A stretch of 64,000 nucleotides of DNA, taken from positions 62,001 to 126,000 of the forward strand of contig JAHLTZ010000034.1 in assembly GCA_025786725.1 (NCBI GenBank), in the 5' to 3' direction. Numbering within the stretch: position 1 is the stretch's first letter; every line of letters starts with the position of its first letter. Position numbers and translations under genes: made by a program. Origin of the DNA: Syncephalis fuscata S228. Lineage: Eukaryota > Fungi > Zoopagomycota. The notes beneath the pieces were generated by a model, which worked only from the letters and a program-made list of their open reading frames with translations, was not told where the DNA came from and ran no database searches. This document shows, in pieces, positions 49,176-63,600 of this stretch.

Positions 49176-51095
49176 TTAAGCAACCAAGTCCTTCTTGAGA
49201 GTACCCAAGAAAGTGTTCTTCTCTTCCTTGGTCTGGAAGCGACCGTGACCAAACTTGGAGGAGGTATCGATGAACTTGAGAGCAATCTTCTCCAAAGCAG
49301 AGCGCTTGGTGTGAGTAAGCAATGACTTGCGAAGAGTCAAGACGCGACGACGGACACCGACGCAGGCACCCTTGATCATGACAAAGTCCTCGTTGACTTC
49401 ACCGTAGTGAGGGAAGCCACCCATTGGTGTGATGGTCTTGGTGGTAAGATCGTACTCGGTGGAGGCGTTCTTCTTGTCGGCACCGCTGCCAATACGGTAG
49501 ATCTTCTTGTTGATCTCAGTACGGTGGTGGTAGCCGTTCTGACCAGCACGTGGTACCGAGTACATAACACGGGATGGATGCCAGGCACCGATACAGGCAA
49601 CCTTGCGGAGACCCTTGTGCGTCTTACGTGGCAACTTCTTGGTGCCCCAACGGTGGGTGACACCTTCGAAACCTTTACCTTTGGTAACACCGATAACATC
49701 AATCATCTCATCTTGCTCGAAGATGGCGTTGATATCAACGGTCTTTTCAAAGTGCTCACGGGCCCAGTCGACCTTTTGAGCAATGGAGCCACCGTTAAGC
49801 TGGACTTCCATGATGTGTGCCTTCTTTTGGCCAATCTTGACCTTGCGGATCTGGGTGTGGGCGATGACACGAACCACAGTGCAGTACTTCTTGATGCGTT
49901 CCAATTCGCGATCAACAGACTTGGCACCTTCGGCGTATTTCTTAGCGTACTTGGTGAAAGCCTTCTTCTTGGAGTGATACCAGTTCTTGTAGAAGCGACG
50001 ACGGACTTCCTCGCTCAAATGCTCGGCCCACACGGTAGTGAGGGTGCGAAGACCGCGAGGGGTTTCGACGTAGCCGACAACACCGACGACGACCATTGGT
50101 GGGGTCTCGATGACAGTGACGGCTTCGACGACTTCCTTCTTGTGCATCTCTATTATTCAGATAGCAGATACGCAGTAAGTATCGCGTATATAGTATTTAT
50201 ACATTCATTGTCGTGTTTTGTTGCTACTTACTGGATCCAGGGCGTTCCAAATCGCGGACGACGTGGGTCATACCGGCTTTGTAGCCTAGGAAGGCGGTCA
50301 TATGGACTGGCTTGGATGCATCATCCTTGGGGAAGGACTTGACTTTTCCGCGGTGACGGGCAGCACGCTTACGTGGCAAGAAGCCAAGCGAACCGTGGCG
50401 AGGAGCCTCGAACTTGCGGTGAGACTAGAATAGCATAATGATACCGCAGTAATAAATACAACAGTTGCGATCGACAACCAATATTTCCAACCAATATGAA
50501 ATATACAACCATATAATTTAAAGCATCCAAAAATACAGTATAATACAAATCAATAGCAATAGAGCATATCCATTGTATATCATTGGAAGGAAATAAAGGG
50601 AGGACGCGTATGCAAAATAATAATACAAATACGTTGAATTCATAATTAGAAAATGTTACTTTGAATATTATATGCACGTCGCAGTCATAAAATATGACCG
50701 GAGGTACGTGCGACCATACTAATGAATGCCGTTATTGCAGTAAATAGCCTTCTATTTGATAGTCTAGTATGGCATCGATGGTTTGATAGCGTAACCAATA
50801 AAACAATACACTAATCTCCTATATCCATTATCGCGTTGTATGTAACATCTATATACTGAATTACGCTTATTCATCTGTCCATCCATCCATCCATTGAACG
50901 CTAATGATATAATAAACGTAATTCAATCTATATACCTTGTATAAAGGCTGCTACTACAATAATAGATATTGATGATTTATGTACTGTATCTATCTATATA
51001 TCCATCCATCCATCCATTCGTTCATCATAGACTATCTAATAGAGCGGCTATATACGTGCATGACATTCATCAGATGTCGTTGGCGTACTCACCAT
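49176..51095 (-). CDS. RPL3: 60S ribosomal protein L3 (ATG-only first exon; introns 50425-51092 and 50150-50231)
   Basis: [60 protein letters not shown]; strongly biased codon usage. Confidence 0.97.
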
Positions 51096-51497
51096 TGGTC
51101 CTAGATATATCCGTTACAAAAAGGTAATGAAACGGACAAGTAAACAACACCGGGGATGTTGTATATATATCGCAAGGTGGAAAGAGGAGGAGTCCACAGT
51201 GGGCCAGTCGTTAATTTGATAGTCAAATCCACACACACACACACATTCTATTCTAATCACAGTTTCTAATACTAATAATATTGATATAACACATCATAGT
51301 AAAATCATCATCAGAATCATCAGAATCATCAGAATCGCTTCAATATGGAATAGTTATCGCGTGCCAGTCATCTGACCTTCACTTCACTTCATCAACGTCA
51401 TTCCAAGTCTTTTTGTTTCCATTCACTTCACTTCTACTGAAACAATACTTATTGTTATTCTCGTTCAAGGTTCAACTACACTGTTATCATCATCATC

Positions 51498-52107
51498 ATG
51501 TCCAATGTACGTATATCGAATACTTATTGATTGTATAGTACTAAAAGTCATTAAACACTTATGCTGTATAGGCAACGGCTCGTTCAAAAGGTGTAGACCG
51601 TTTGTTGAAGGCTGAAGCAGAAGCCACCAGAATTGTACAGCAAGCTCGTCAATGTAAGTCATCTCTTTTTAATAAAGACTGGAGTAAATACTACAATAAT
51701 ACATTAATTAATAAGATATTATTGTTATTATTGTTATATAATATAATACAGATCGTGTTAAACGTGCCAAGGATGCACGCGATGAGGCAGAGAGAGAAAT
51801 TGTTACTTTAAAGGAGCAGAAAAAGAAAGAACTACAAGATTATGAACAGCAGGTAATTAAACAATGGCAATTGGCAGTAAACAAGTTGTTAACTCGGCTG
51901 TATAATGATCATTAGCATGCTGGTGACGCGATGAAAGAACAGGAACGTATCGCCGCTGATACTGAGGTGAAGATTGCTGAAATCCGCAAGGCATTTGGTG
52001 TCAATCGTGAACAAGTCGTTAAAAAGCTATTGGAAGCTGTGACGAGTGTGGCGCCTAAATTACATCCTAATGCGCAAATTGAAAACAATCAAGCGCAAAC
52101 TGCGTAA
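51498..52107 (+). CDS. VMA10: V-ATPase subunit G (4 exons)
   Basis: GVDRLLKAEAEATRIVQQARQYRVKRAKDARDEAEREI...VVKKLLEAVTSVAPKLHPN. Confidence 0.92.
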
Positions 52108-52228
52108 ATCACACTTTATAATAAAGTCTGTGTTCTGTTGGTTATTATTATTATTATTATTTACTATTATTATTTACTATTATTACATTTATAATCATAA
52201 TTAGATGAAATTAAAAGTGTAAAAAATA

Positions 52229-53659
52229 TTATTTAGATTCATCGGTTAATGATTCAAATCGTCGTTGAATTTGCCATAACAGTAAAGGTAGTGAGTCTCG
52301 TTGACGAGCATATTCAACAATATCATCAATGACAAGTGGCGGCGATTCAGTTGCAGAAGACAGCTGCCATTGAGCATCTTGTATTTTCAGTGTTACTGGA
52401 TCAAATATAATTTTTAATATCTTTGCCGAGTCACTGTCAGTCTTTGTATTGGTGGCGCTATAAGTAACCAGTAGTGTATCGTGTGTATCCATACGGAAAT
52501 CGGCCACACCTACTAATTGCAATAGTGTTGCAATGGCCGATTCATACCTGATTGATATTATAATTAGTTAATTACTAATGTAATTTATTGCTTTATTTAT
52601 CTTTAACTTACCATCCGTGAATTTCTTGTATACGCGGATCACTTTGTTTTGCCATACGGTTTGCTTCAACAGCCATCGACTCGGTTACTTGTTGCTCTTT
52701 TTCTAGCTGAGCCAGTTCTTGGTAGGCTACTTCAAGTTCCCATTGTAGATCGTCTACTTCCTGTTGTTGTTCCTCAGTAGACGCGTAGATCTGCTGTAAT
52801 TGCTGTTTTTGTTCATCAAGTATTCTCTCAGCCTCTTTGCTGGTCATTTGCTAGATCACTTAATGAGTTACTATGCTAATGTACTTAATCCTTCTTACCT
52901 CATGATTGGCAATCATATCTTCTACTAGCTTGAATTCCTCTTCCTTTAAACAATGGTTAGTTTGTTGGTTGTATCAATGATATCCAATTACCATTTGCTT
53001 TGTTTCCGCTAACAACTGTATAGCTTCATCGACAATTTTGCGTGTCTGGTCTTTTACTGTTATAAAAATACATATAATTAGTTTTATATATATATATATA
53101 TGATTATTATATATTACCTTCTACTACTGAATGAACCTTGTTGGACAATGAATCACTCAATCCTTCTACATTCGTTTAATCTTCTTTAACTCTACTGCAG
53201 CCGCTTTATTATCCGACTCTATAGCATCAGTATCAGCGCAATAGTTCAAATAAACCAATAACTACCGATACGTACCAAGGTCTTTACCATTTCCTTGGTC
53301 GCCATAGTCGGTGGGTCTTGCGAAATAGCATGCATAAACTTCTCTTTTGAATTCATTTCAAGAAAGCTTAGCTTTAACTTGGAATATAATTCCTATAGCG
53401 TAAATGGCCTTTATAAGTACATGAACCATTTAATTTAACTGCACTTACTCGATAGTGGATACGTGTAGAGTCAACACGTCCAGGGTGAATACCTGACTTG
53501 CCGCCATAATCATCACGCGTTTCATTCTCTACCTGATCCAATAGCTGCTCCACGTTAAGTGTTCTAGCTTGAAAAGCTTGCAGATCTCTAAATGATTTCC
53601 ACATTACTACTAAACTATATGGTACTTATACGCGTTCATTACCGTTGAACAGTTTCCAT
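52229..53659 (-). CDS. Kinetochore protein Sos7/Kre28 (Zwint)-like (multi-exon)
   Basis: HYRELYSKLKLSFLEMNSKEKFMHAISQDPP matches the Sos7 motif; coiled coil followed by an RWD-like C-terminus. Confidence 0.7.
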
Positions 53660-54109
53660 GACGTGTTATTTCTTATTACAATAGATTGTCAGACAAATAA
53701 ACAATACAATGGCCGCTGATAAACAGCGACCTTGCCAATAAACAATAAACTTAGCACAACTTCAAGTCCACCCAATGTCTGGACATGGCCATTGCAATCT
53801 ATCTATTTTTGTCCATCTAGTCAGTGCTACCTTAGTTGATCAAATCTTTTTTACAACTCAGTGCCATCTTACTTCAAAATGTCGTTTACCAATCTTCTGT
53901 TTCCCTATGGCTATTTTGCTTGACTACTGCCATTTTATTGCAATTATTGTTTACTGTATATATTATATTTATTTGTTTATTGGGGAATTTAGAAATGTAT
54001 CGGTTTTTAATTTTAATAAATAAAAATAAACCATTTTAAAATTTATTTATCGAAATATACCGTTTTGAAAAATGTACCAGATGTCTACCAAACTATTTAA
54101 AAAGCAATA

Positions 54110-54447
54110 TTTAACAGTACTGAAGAACGGAGGGCGATGTTGACGAGATTAAACTTGTTAACGGTTGCAATTTTAAGAGCAAAGATAGTTATTCAACAAG
54201 ATTATAGTTTATTTGTCCTCATGAAAGCCGTTCCAGCAACAAATGCCAATTTGTTTTAATTGCCAGAAAGCAAAAGACTGACCTAGTAAAGATTACCCAG
54301 TGCAATATTAAACAGTTTAATAGTTGTTTATATGATTCTGGTAATGATAATATTAAATATATTACTAAATCTATTACAAATGATGCTGCTACATTCTCAA
54401 GTGTAAAATTAAAAGATGTACAAATAAAAGCATTAAGTGCATATTTG
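54110..54447 (+). mobile_element. Possible Mutator (MuDR/MULE) transposase N-terminal relic
   Basis: FNSTEE..NGCNFKSKDSYSTRL*FICPH..KCQFVLIARKQ..VKIT..KLKDVQ, with a stop and a frameshift. Confidence 0.45.
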
Positions 54448-57400
54448 ATTATTTAATATACACTACAATTGTAATAGCTTAATAGATGCTAGTATTTCTT
54501 ATTACAAAGCTTGGTCTGCCTTTGATTTAATAAAATATTATTATTATTAAACGACTTTAACTTATAACAATAGCTCAAATTGGTATATTTATAACAAACG
54601 TTGTAATTGTATAGATTATGATAATAAGTTAAAATGAATTGGATTATAAAAGACATTATTATTATTATTATTTGAGTAATAGTATTATGTATTTATAATA
54701 TTGTGGAATAATAAAAGTTACAAAGCTAAAAATCCCTGACGGGAAAAAGCTAATTACCATAAATGCAATAAACTCTAGTTTAAAATTTTGCTTATTTACG
54801 TAGTTTAGTCAATTGTAGCAATATTAACAACAATGCCAATTGTGTTTTACTTTTTAAAATAGTTCCAACAATATATTTGTTATGAATGCAACTCAGAAAT
54901 ACAATACAAAATTATGTTGTTATGTAAAAATTAGTACTAATAGTACTGAAACAGTAGTTGATGTTAAAACAACTGTTTTTATTGAAAAACAAAACAACTA
55001 CTAGTGAAACAGCTATAAAAATAAAACAAGCCATCAAAGAGTATTTAATCTGTGATAAACGTCATTACAAGAAAATGAAGTGTGGGGCAAATAAAAAATG
55101 ATTTATCAATAAATAAATTAATAAATTTAAAACTGTGTATTTTTCTAATTAAAATAAAAGACAGTGTATTTATTTTATAAAATATGGTTGGTAATTGCAG
55201 AGTGGGAAAATTGTTGGTGTAACCATAGTCGTCATCCGATATAGACAAGTTGTTTTAAATATAGACTTCCTACCATAGACGGGCCACGTTATTTGCATTC
55301 TTGTTATAGCGCAGCCACATGCAATTCATCTTGTAGGTTGAATCACATATAGCAGCGTTGTAATAAAAACGCAAGTAGCACTTGGCAGGCAGCATGCTAA
55401 CTTGTATCGCATATGTATATAGCCATGCGCCTATACACACTACATGGATCGTTCTAGTCGACCAATGGCTAGAAATAGACCTTTGTGTGTGGACGCGAGA
55501 CGAATATCTACTGGCCCCTTACTATGCAGTGTGTAACGTGATACGATGTACTACGCTACACGACATTTGCCTACATGGGCAGTAGAGAAAGAGGAGAGAA
55601 CGAGAAGAGGACAAAAGTAATTTCGACCGGTCATTGCTTAATGGCTGTTGTATTGCTATTGAAAGAGGGTTTCAGCAATACAACAGGGCAGATGGAACAC
55701 TGGCAGATGATAATAAAAATGAATAATCGAATTGAACTACTTTATTTATAAATGTCAAGGTGTCAGCTTTATAGCTGGCACGATATACTGGCTATGTGGT
55801 ATCGGTGTACCACGTGGTTCTAACGTGTCGCCACAATGACAATGCCGGTCAAGCCCATTCACTTTGAGGTTTGTTTCAATTGAATGGCACAAGACGGGTG
55901 ACCAGCAGGCCGTCAGACAAATGAACACACCTCTGGTACTTGTTCATTGAGTGATCATTTTTATAAAATGGCCATTAGATTAGAGACAGTGATTTATTTA
56001 ATTTAATTTAATTTTATTTTAGTAAGTGGGGCAGCGATTTATTATCGTAATGTTAATAATGTTTTCTATCTTGAATGTAAATTAGAGACAGTGATGTTAA
56101 ATAAAAGTCGATTTTATTATACTAGTCATACATCGTTTTGACATTTCTTATTATCACTATTGTGTTCCTTTCACTACATATTCTATACTACAATCCAGAC
56201 TCACTCCATTATAGCCATTCTGTGTTGGCCACATGTCATTGGCCACTGCAGTGCTACTTGACATCACAGAAGTTAGAAGTGTGATAACACGCGACAATTA
56301 CACTCAAAATACCGGTCAGTGCCAGCTTTGTTCATCTGGCCGCCTACTGGTTCTTTGAAGCCGTCATAGCAGGTAGGTTCGCGGTTGCTATTGGTGTCAG
56401 CACGGTTTAGGTGATCGTTTTTGAAGTGGTGCTTGTACGCCCATTGACGCCTTTTCGGTACACCTGTATGCAGCTGTGGAGAGAAGGGAGGAGGGAGAGG
56501 TGCAAGAAGGCAATGAGCCACGCCATACGCATACACTATAAGCTGGGCAGGCCTAGGAAGGCAATAATAGACAAGCGGACGCGTATACATTCTAATTGAT
56601 GCTACTGCTATTTCTATTCATACAAAGAAATAAAGGGAATGCATTGATGGCTGGAAGAAAGAGAGAAGGAGAGAAGCTAGTGTAACTGCATATCTTCATA
56701 CAGCCGTATAGACAGACATACAGCGTACATACAGCATACATACAGATGATAGACAGATAGATAGGCAGATAGATAGACACGCACGCGCACGCACGCATGC
56801 GCCTGCGCATTCGCCGGCTGCATTATATCGTTGGCTTTTACTGTGGTACAGCTGTTGCTTGGTGCCTTTTTTATTGTATTGTCCTTTCCATTGACTAGCA
56901 TCATCATCGTCGCTGCCACCACAAATGCCAATACACCAACAATACCACGATGGTCGTTGTTGTGATGGTCCATAGGTGTGTTTTCATTCCTTTGCTGCAC
57001 AGAAATCCATACTTGCTCACAACTCCCATTTTATGGTCACTCCTGTTTATTTCTCTTTTACAACTACCACATTACTGCTCTTGCAATCTTGTTTCTGTTT
57101 GCTCATCATCGCTTTTACTCTCATTTCTGCTTTTATTTATCTTTGTACGGTTTTGTTTGCGGTTCACTCTCGTTTGCTATTTTCAATCGCCGCTTTAACC
57201 TATTGTTTTAGTAACGACGTGTTAAGCGAGTGTGCACTGTTTCGGTGTCGTTATTCTTTAGGTAAGTATTGCGCGTGTAATACCTATATACAAAGTAAAT
57301 AGCCATCACCAGTAGTGTTGCTATCTATTAGTATGACTGTCCTATAGATATATTCTCCTTTCATAATATGCGATATGTGCGTATGTGTGTGTATCTATAT

Positions 57401-58909
57401 GTCTATGTATGCGTATGTATGAGTGTATATGCTTATGAGTAAGTGAGTGTGTGTGTGTATGTCTGCGTATCCATCCAAGGTGATAGGTATAATAACTGTA
57501 ACTGTACAATGCCAATGGTGTTACTGTCCATGGCACTAATATTCATTGGTCAATCACATACACACACATTTACTTACTCCGACCATCTAAAATGACGATG
57601 TTCATTGATGATCAGTAGTCATGCTATTTTACTCTCCTTTTCTTTTGTCCTACACGTTAATATTGCCATGTACGCTAAATAAGTTGCATTGTTTGTTGCT
57701 TACTTAACGATGCCCAGCTTTCAACTGGTAATGGTAGTGCAGTAAGGTAATTTTCACGTGTGTATTTGCATAATGGATTACTTACATTCATACACATACA
57801 CACACATACACACATTTCTATTTTTATTACTTTTAATCTGATTTTAATCTATTTTTCTTTTTACCCCATAAATGTGTATTAATATAAGACATTTAGTCTA
57901 TTAATATTAATAGCTATTTATTACATGTTAATGATCATTAAGATAGAAAGAAAACCGACTACAATCACCGAATAGCTGCAATAGATACAGATTAGTGTAT
58001 GCGGTCGTGTTTGTATCACTCTATTTTCATCACCTGTTCATTCTCGGCGGTGAATATTTGATGACGCTACTGATTGCCTAATTTGCCGGCTGTCTTTTCA
58101 TTCCTTGGCCTCACGCGAACTTGTTCACACTTCTTTACTTGCCCGCTCACCCACGCTCACTTTTTACGCTCAGGTCTCTCTCGTACTCTCCTTTTCTGTG
58201 GATTTCCCACTATTAACGGGTCGGTACTTTCCGTACACCCCTTCTCATCCCGTTTGTCGATCGGCCTCTTTTTTACTCTTTGTTTACGAGCAGCAGACTG
58301 TACAAGTTATTCTTGATCATCTGCCGCTTGCTGGTATGTTTATTGGGTGTATGCGATGTGGGATGCTTTTATTAAGCGTTGTTATATGCTTTGTTTGCTG
58401 AGTGTGGCGCCACATGGCCGCACTATGGTTGCTGACGCGTGGATCTAGGGGGAAAAGCAGCGGAAACGCAGAAGGAGGGGCTTGCTACTATTAACTTGGC
58501 AATAAACAACTACAGTGGACTAACGACTTTCTTTTACTTCATTCTGTTTAATTGTTGCTTTACGCGACATATAGTTACTATTACGGTTATTGCCCTCAGT
58601 GAGGGATCGACACGCTGGCTGCTGCACACGCTTCAGCGTCGGTAGACCGACGAAGTTACCAACAAGCACCCCATTATCCTGTTGCTTATCAAGCAGCTAA
58701 TTCTGGTACTGCACCACAAAACTTTCCGCGATCTACAGGTCCGCCATTAGTGCCTGTACAACAACAGCCTCAGTCACAACAAAAGCTACCTTCATCGACA
58801 CAACAATCTTCACCATATTCACAACATATACAACAACAACAACAACAACAACAACACAGCAGCACAGCAACAGCTTGCGCAACGATCAGCGCAACAGAAT
58901 CAGCATTCA

Positions 58910-61900
58910 ATGGCTAATAGTGCATCTGCATCAGCTGTTGCATCAGCGCATCACCATCATCCGCATCCGCATCCGCATCATCACCATCATCCACAGTCGG
59001 CTATGGTAGATCAACATGGTCCAGGTGTTAATGTTGGCCATCCTATGGCACATCATCATGCTCATAGCCAGAGTATGAGTTCTGGTGTGCCAACATCTAT
59101 GGCTGCTCATATGGGCGGTAATGGTGCTAATGCTGGTGCATCCAGCATGCAAATGAATGGTCCAACGTCTATTCCAGGTACACCAGGACAGCCAGGTGGA
59201 TCTGGACAGCCACCATCTGGACAAGCACCACCGTCTACTGCACAAGCAGCACAATCGCAGCAACAGCAACAGCAACAGGCGCCACAATCGCAACAACCAA
59301 CTACAGCTACTCAACGATTGGCAGCCATTAATGAACAAACTTGGATTCAACTTGGTTCAATTGCTGATCAAATGCAAGAATTTGATCGTGCCATTTCATG
59401 TTTTGAATCGGCACTTCGACACAACCCGTACTCAGTGCCGGCCCTTACTAAGATTGGCGTCTTATGTAAAAGCCGTAATCAATTTCAACGTGCTGTAGAA
59501 TACTTTCAGCGTATTATCAATGTGGATAGCAATAATGGTGAAATATGGGGATTATTAGGCCATTGCTATTTGCTGATGGATGATTTGCAAAAGGCCTATA
59601 ATGCTTATCAACAGGCCTTGTATCTGTTGCCTAATGCTAATGTAAGTGTTTAAAGCCAATCAATACAATTAATATATATATATATTAATTCATCAATTGT
59701 AAATAGGATGCAAAATTATGGTATGGCATTGGCATACTTTACGACCGATATGGATCATACGAACACGCCGAAGAAGCATTTTCAGTGTCATTACGTATTG
59801 ATCCAAAATATGAAAAGGCTGGTGAGATCTATTTTAGACTAGGTATTATATACAAGCAATTACAAAAGTACAATATTAGCCTTGATGTAAGTAATTGGCA
59901 CAATTGTAAACATCAGTATTTATCATTAATTTGTTATTGATTTTGTTAGTGCTTCCGTTATATTCTACCCAATCCACCACCACCACTAAGTGAACTTGAT
60001 ATTTGGTTCCAGATTGGCAATGTACACGAACAACAAAAAGAGGTAATAAAACTAAATAACTATTTTATTACAAATATTTACACTATTTCTACAGTATGCA
60101 TTGGCAAAGAAGCATTTGAACGTGTTTTGGCTGCCAATCCAAATCATGCTAAAGCATTGCAACAACTTGGCTGGCTTTACCACCAGCCACAGTGCACATT
60201 CCATAATCAAGACCATGCAGTACAATGTATGACACGATCATTAGAGATCGGTAAGTTAATCAATACTATTAAATATACATTAAATACCTATTTATTAATC
60301 GATTCACATAGATGCCAATGATCCACAGTCATGGTACTTGCTTGGACGATGCTATATGGCCAAACAGAACCATAATAAGGCCTATGAAGCTTATCAGCAA
60401 GCAGTGTAGGTTTATCTGCTACAAATACACAATATTATTACTTACTATATCATAATGGCCATATTAGATATCGTGATAGCCGTAATCCAACATACTGGTG
60501 CTCTATCGGTGTTCTTTACTACCAGATCAATCAGTATCGTGATGCATTGGATGCCTATACTCGTGCCATCCGTCTTAACCATACATCAGTGAAGTTTGGT
60601 ATGTAGCTGTAATTCTAATAGGCTTAATAGTATGTCAATATAACTAATACAACTGACTTGATTGATATAGGTACGATCTTGGCACTCTATACGAGTCGTG
60701 TAATAGCAATCAAATAAATGATGCATTAGATGCTTATCAAAGAGCGGCCGAACTTGATCCAAGCAATCCGCATATCAAACAACGTTTGCAACTACTTCGT
60801 AGCCGACAAGCCAATGGCGGTGCAGCAATGTAAGTAATACTTTTAATTGCGTTTAATTAATCTAACTATTTTATTGCTATAATAGACAAACAAGTGCACC
60901 TATGCCACAAGATGTCAATCCTGCTGCTTATCAATCGCAGAGCGGCTATAACGGCCCACCTGGCATGTCTACTCAAGGTCCTCCCTCGACACCCTTCCAT
61001 CCGCATCCTCCATCGGCACCCCCTTCATCTACCGCCAACACATTCCCTCATCGGGCTGGTGGCCCACCTTCAATGGTAAGTAAACCATATAATACCATCA
61101 TTATCGTATTAACACTCACTGTTATCGCACTATTATTACATAGCATGAGCAAGGACGATTACCAGCACCCAATATGCGCCAGAATGGAGACCATCGCCCA
61201 CCTACATCAGGTTCTATGCCACATGGACCATCATCGGCTCATGCCACACCAAGAATACCTGATATTAATGGTTATCATCATGGTTCTCCAACTCATGGAC
61301 AGACTACTATGCCTCCTATGCAGCAACACCCGCCTAATGGACCACCGCAGCCATTACACGGAGGACCAGAGAGTAGATTGCCATCTGTATCGTCTTTACC
61401 ACCACCGCCATCATCACACGGTGCCGGTACTGTTCCCTCTCCAGCTGCAGGCATAGCAGCTCCTATTGGTTCAATGTCTCACCATCCACAACATCCACAA
61501 CAGCATCAACACAGCCATTCACATGACCGTGCAGAAGGATCAATTAAGATGGAACCTGGCATGCACGCAAATGGTGCCACATTACCTGAAATGGCTCATC
61601 GACCACCGCCCCCACCATCATCAACAGTACCGCCGCAGCATTATCATCAGCGTAATTTATCCATTAATGGATTGGCATCATCGGCCGATTTGACACATCG
61701 ACGATCACCTAGCACAAAGGTTGAACGTGAATCATCGGCACAACCCGCGACTAATACATTGCCACCACATCAATCATCTTCATCGGCTATTAGTCAAACA
61801 ACACCGCCTACATCGACCGCTACTCGAGTGATTGATGATAATTACGATGAAGATGTGGTATCTGCATTGGTTAGCATGAGTGGTGGCCGTACCAATGCCG

Positions 61901-62486
61901 CCATCATGCCCGAACCAAATGGTAATGCCTCTACAACAGTAGAGGCTACAACAGCAACGGTACTGCCACCATCGGTTCAGAATCCAGGAAAACGATCACT
62001 TTCACCGACATTGGAACCAGTACCGGATGCAGCACAGAAACGTAGTAAAATGGATGATAATGCGCCACAAGACGTTACTCCACTGCCACCGACCACAATG
62101 ACATCCAGTCAAGTAGCTGATGTGACAGTAACAGCAACGGCAAAAATACCTGCAGCCTCTTTATTATCGCCACCATCGCCGGAACAGCCCAATCCAACAG
62201 CTTCAACGGCATCGCCGCCTGCATCATCTGTATCGCCACAGCAAGCAAGTCATAATACAACAGGTACATCATCACACAATCACCACCTGTATCGACTAGT
62301 AACACTACTGCTACTGCATCGATGGCATTGGAGAATAGCCATAAAGACAACGATACTACTAACAGACACAATAACGGCATTACTAACAATGACGATGACG
62401 ATGATGCTGAAGATGGTGAAATTGTAGATGATGCACCGTCAACAAGTGCAGAACCATCCGCTACTTCGGTTACACCGCCTTCATAA
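58910..62486 (+). CDS. CYC8: Ssn6/Cyc8 TPR general transcriptional corepressor (multi-exon)
   Basis: NEQTWIQLG, ALRHNPYS, NGEIWGLLGHCYLLMDDLQKAYNAYQQAL, LWYGIGILYDRYG, WYLLGRCYM, WCSIGVLYYQINQYRDALDAY, tail IDDNYDED; 1-nt frameshifts near 60108, 60580 and 62275. Confidence 0.93.
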
Positions 62487-62755
62487 GCGCTACTTTAAAA
62501 TCATGTAACTTTTTTTTGACATTTTCCTCATTTCAATTATTTGCATGGCTTTCAACAAGTCATTAAAATAAAATTTCGTGATTCATTGCTTTCGCCTATT
62601 GTATCCCTTTCATTACAAGTGTATTGTTGTCTATTTAATAATGAACTATAAAATGTACAATTATTACTAATTGCTAAAATGATAATCACACTACTTTAAT
62701 TAAAATAATGATTTTAAAAGTTGAAACGAATGGTATTAAAATGATATTGACGTAT

Positions 62756-63600
62756 TTATCGCCGTCCTTTCTTTCCTTTCTTCTTTTTACTGCTGCTACT
62801 ACTGCCTTCGGCTGTTGCTGTTGCTGTTGCTGATGATGAAGCACCTTCTATAGCGGCAGTTTTTGATGAAGAGGCACCACCACTATTACTACCAGCACCG
62901 CCAAATGCTTCAGTTAGAGCTGCCCATTCAGGTGGTACATTACTAGGAGCTGGCGGTAAAGTAGGCTGAATATCCGGTAATAAAGCACCCACTTTACGCA
63001 TTAAAGCCTTGCCTATATTAGTATTAGTATTAGTGTTAGTGTTAAAAGCTTTTAATAGCTAATAGAAAGATAGCTTACGATTAGGGACTGCACTATTAGC
63101 TGGTTTGCCATTAATCTTTAATTGAACGCGTACTCGACCCAGCACACCAAAGTTGCGAGGATGCATTTTATGTGGCTATTGCCGAATATTAATAGTCCAA
63201 TATTTGTATTAATAAACTGTAATATTCTATAATCAACGGTGTTATGATATTTACCTCAAATGCTACCATAAGTCGTAGTTTCTTGGCTGCTTCAACAATG
63301 GCGCGTGCATCTGGTTGAGGATAAGCGTAGATTTTGGCTACTTTGCGACCATCTTCCAGTGACCGATCGGCATCAAAGTAGATCGGATAGAGACATACCC
63401 AACTAATGTCACCCGTTAGACAATCTATTAGCTAGCTAGTGCTGCAAGTGCTATATCAGAGTAGCGCTGTAGCTTATAGTCACTTACTCTTTGAATAATT
63501 CATCTGAATTGACATAGCGTACATTGCCGTAACCTTCCACGTGCTGTACCTGTTCCTCTCCCGCTGGTAGCGGGTAATCCATATCATCAATATCATCCAT
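62756..63600 (-). CDS. SEC65: SRP19/Sec65 signal recognition particle protein (4 exons)
   Basis: MDDIDDMDYPLP, WVCLYPIYFDADRSLEDGRKV, FEPHKMHPRNFGVLGRVRVQL, basic tail KKKKGKKGRR. Confidence 0.93.

Noticed and set aside
60100-60590. Frameshifts in conserved genes (Ssn6 ~60108, ~60580, ~62275; CWF19L1; SNF2; Sos7) read as programmed frameshifting or pseudogenisation
   Set aside because: The clearest cases are single missing bases in short homopolymers (e.g. AAC-CA-TAC for NPY) in otherwise intact genes, which is the signature of sequencing or assembly error
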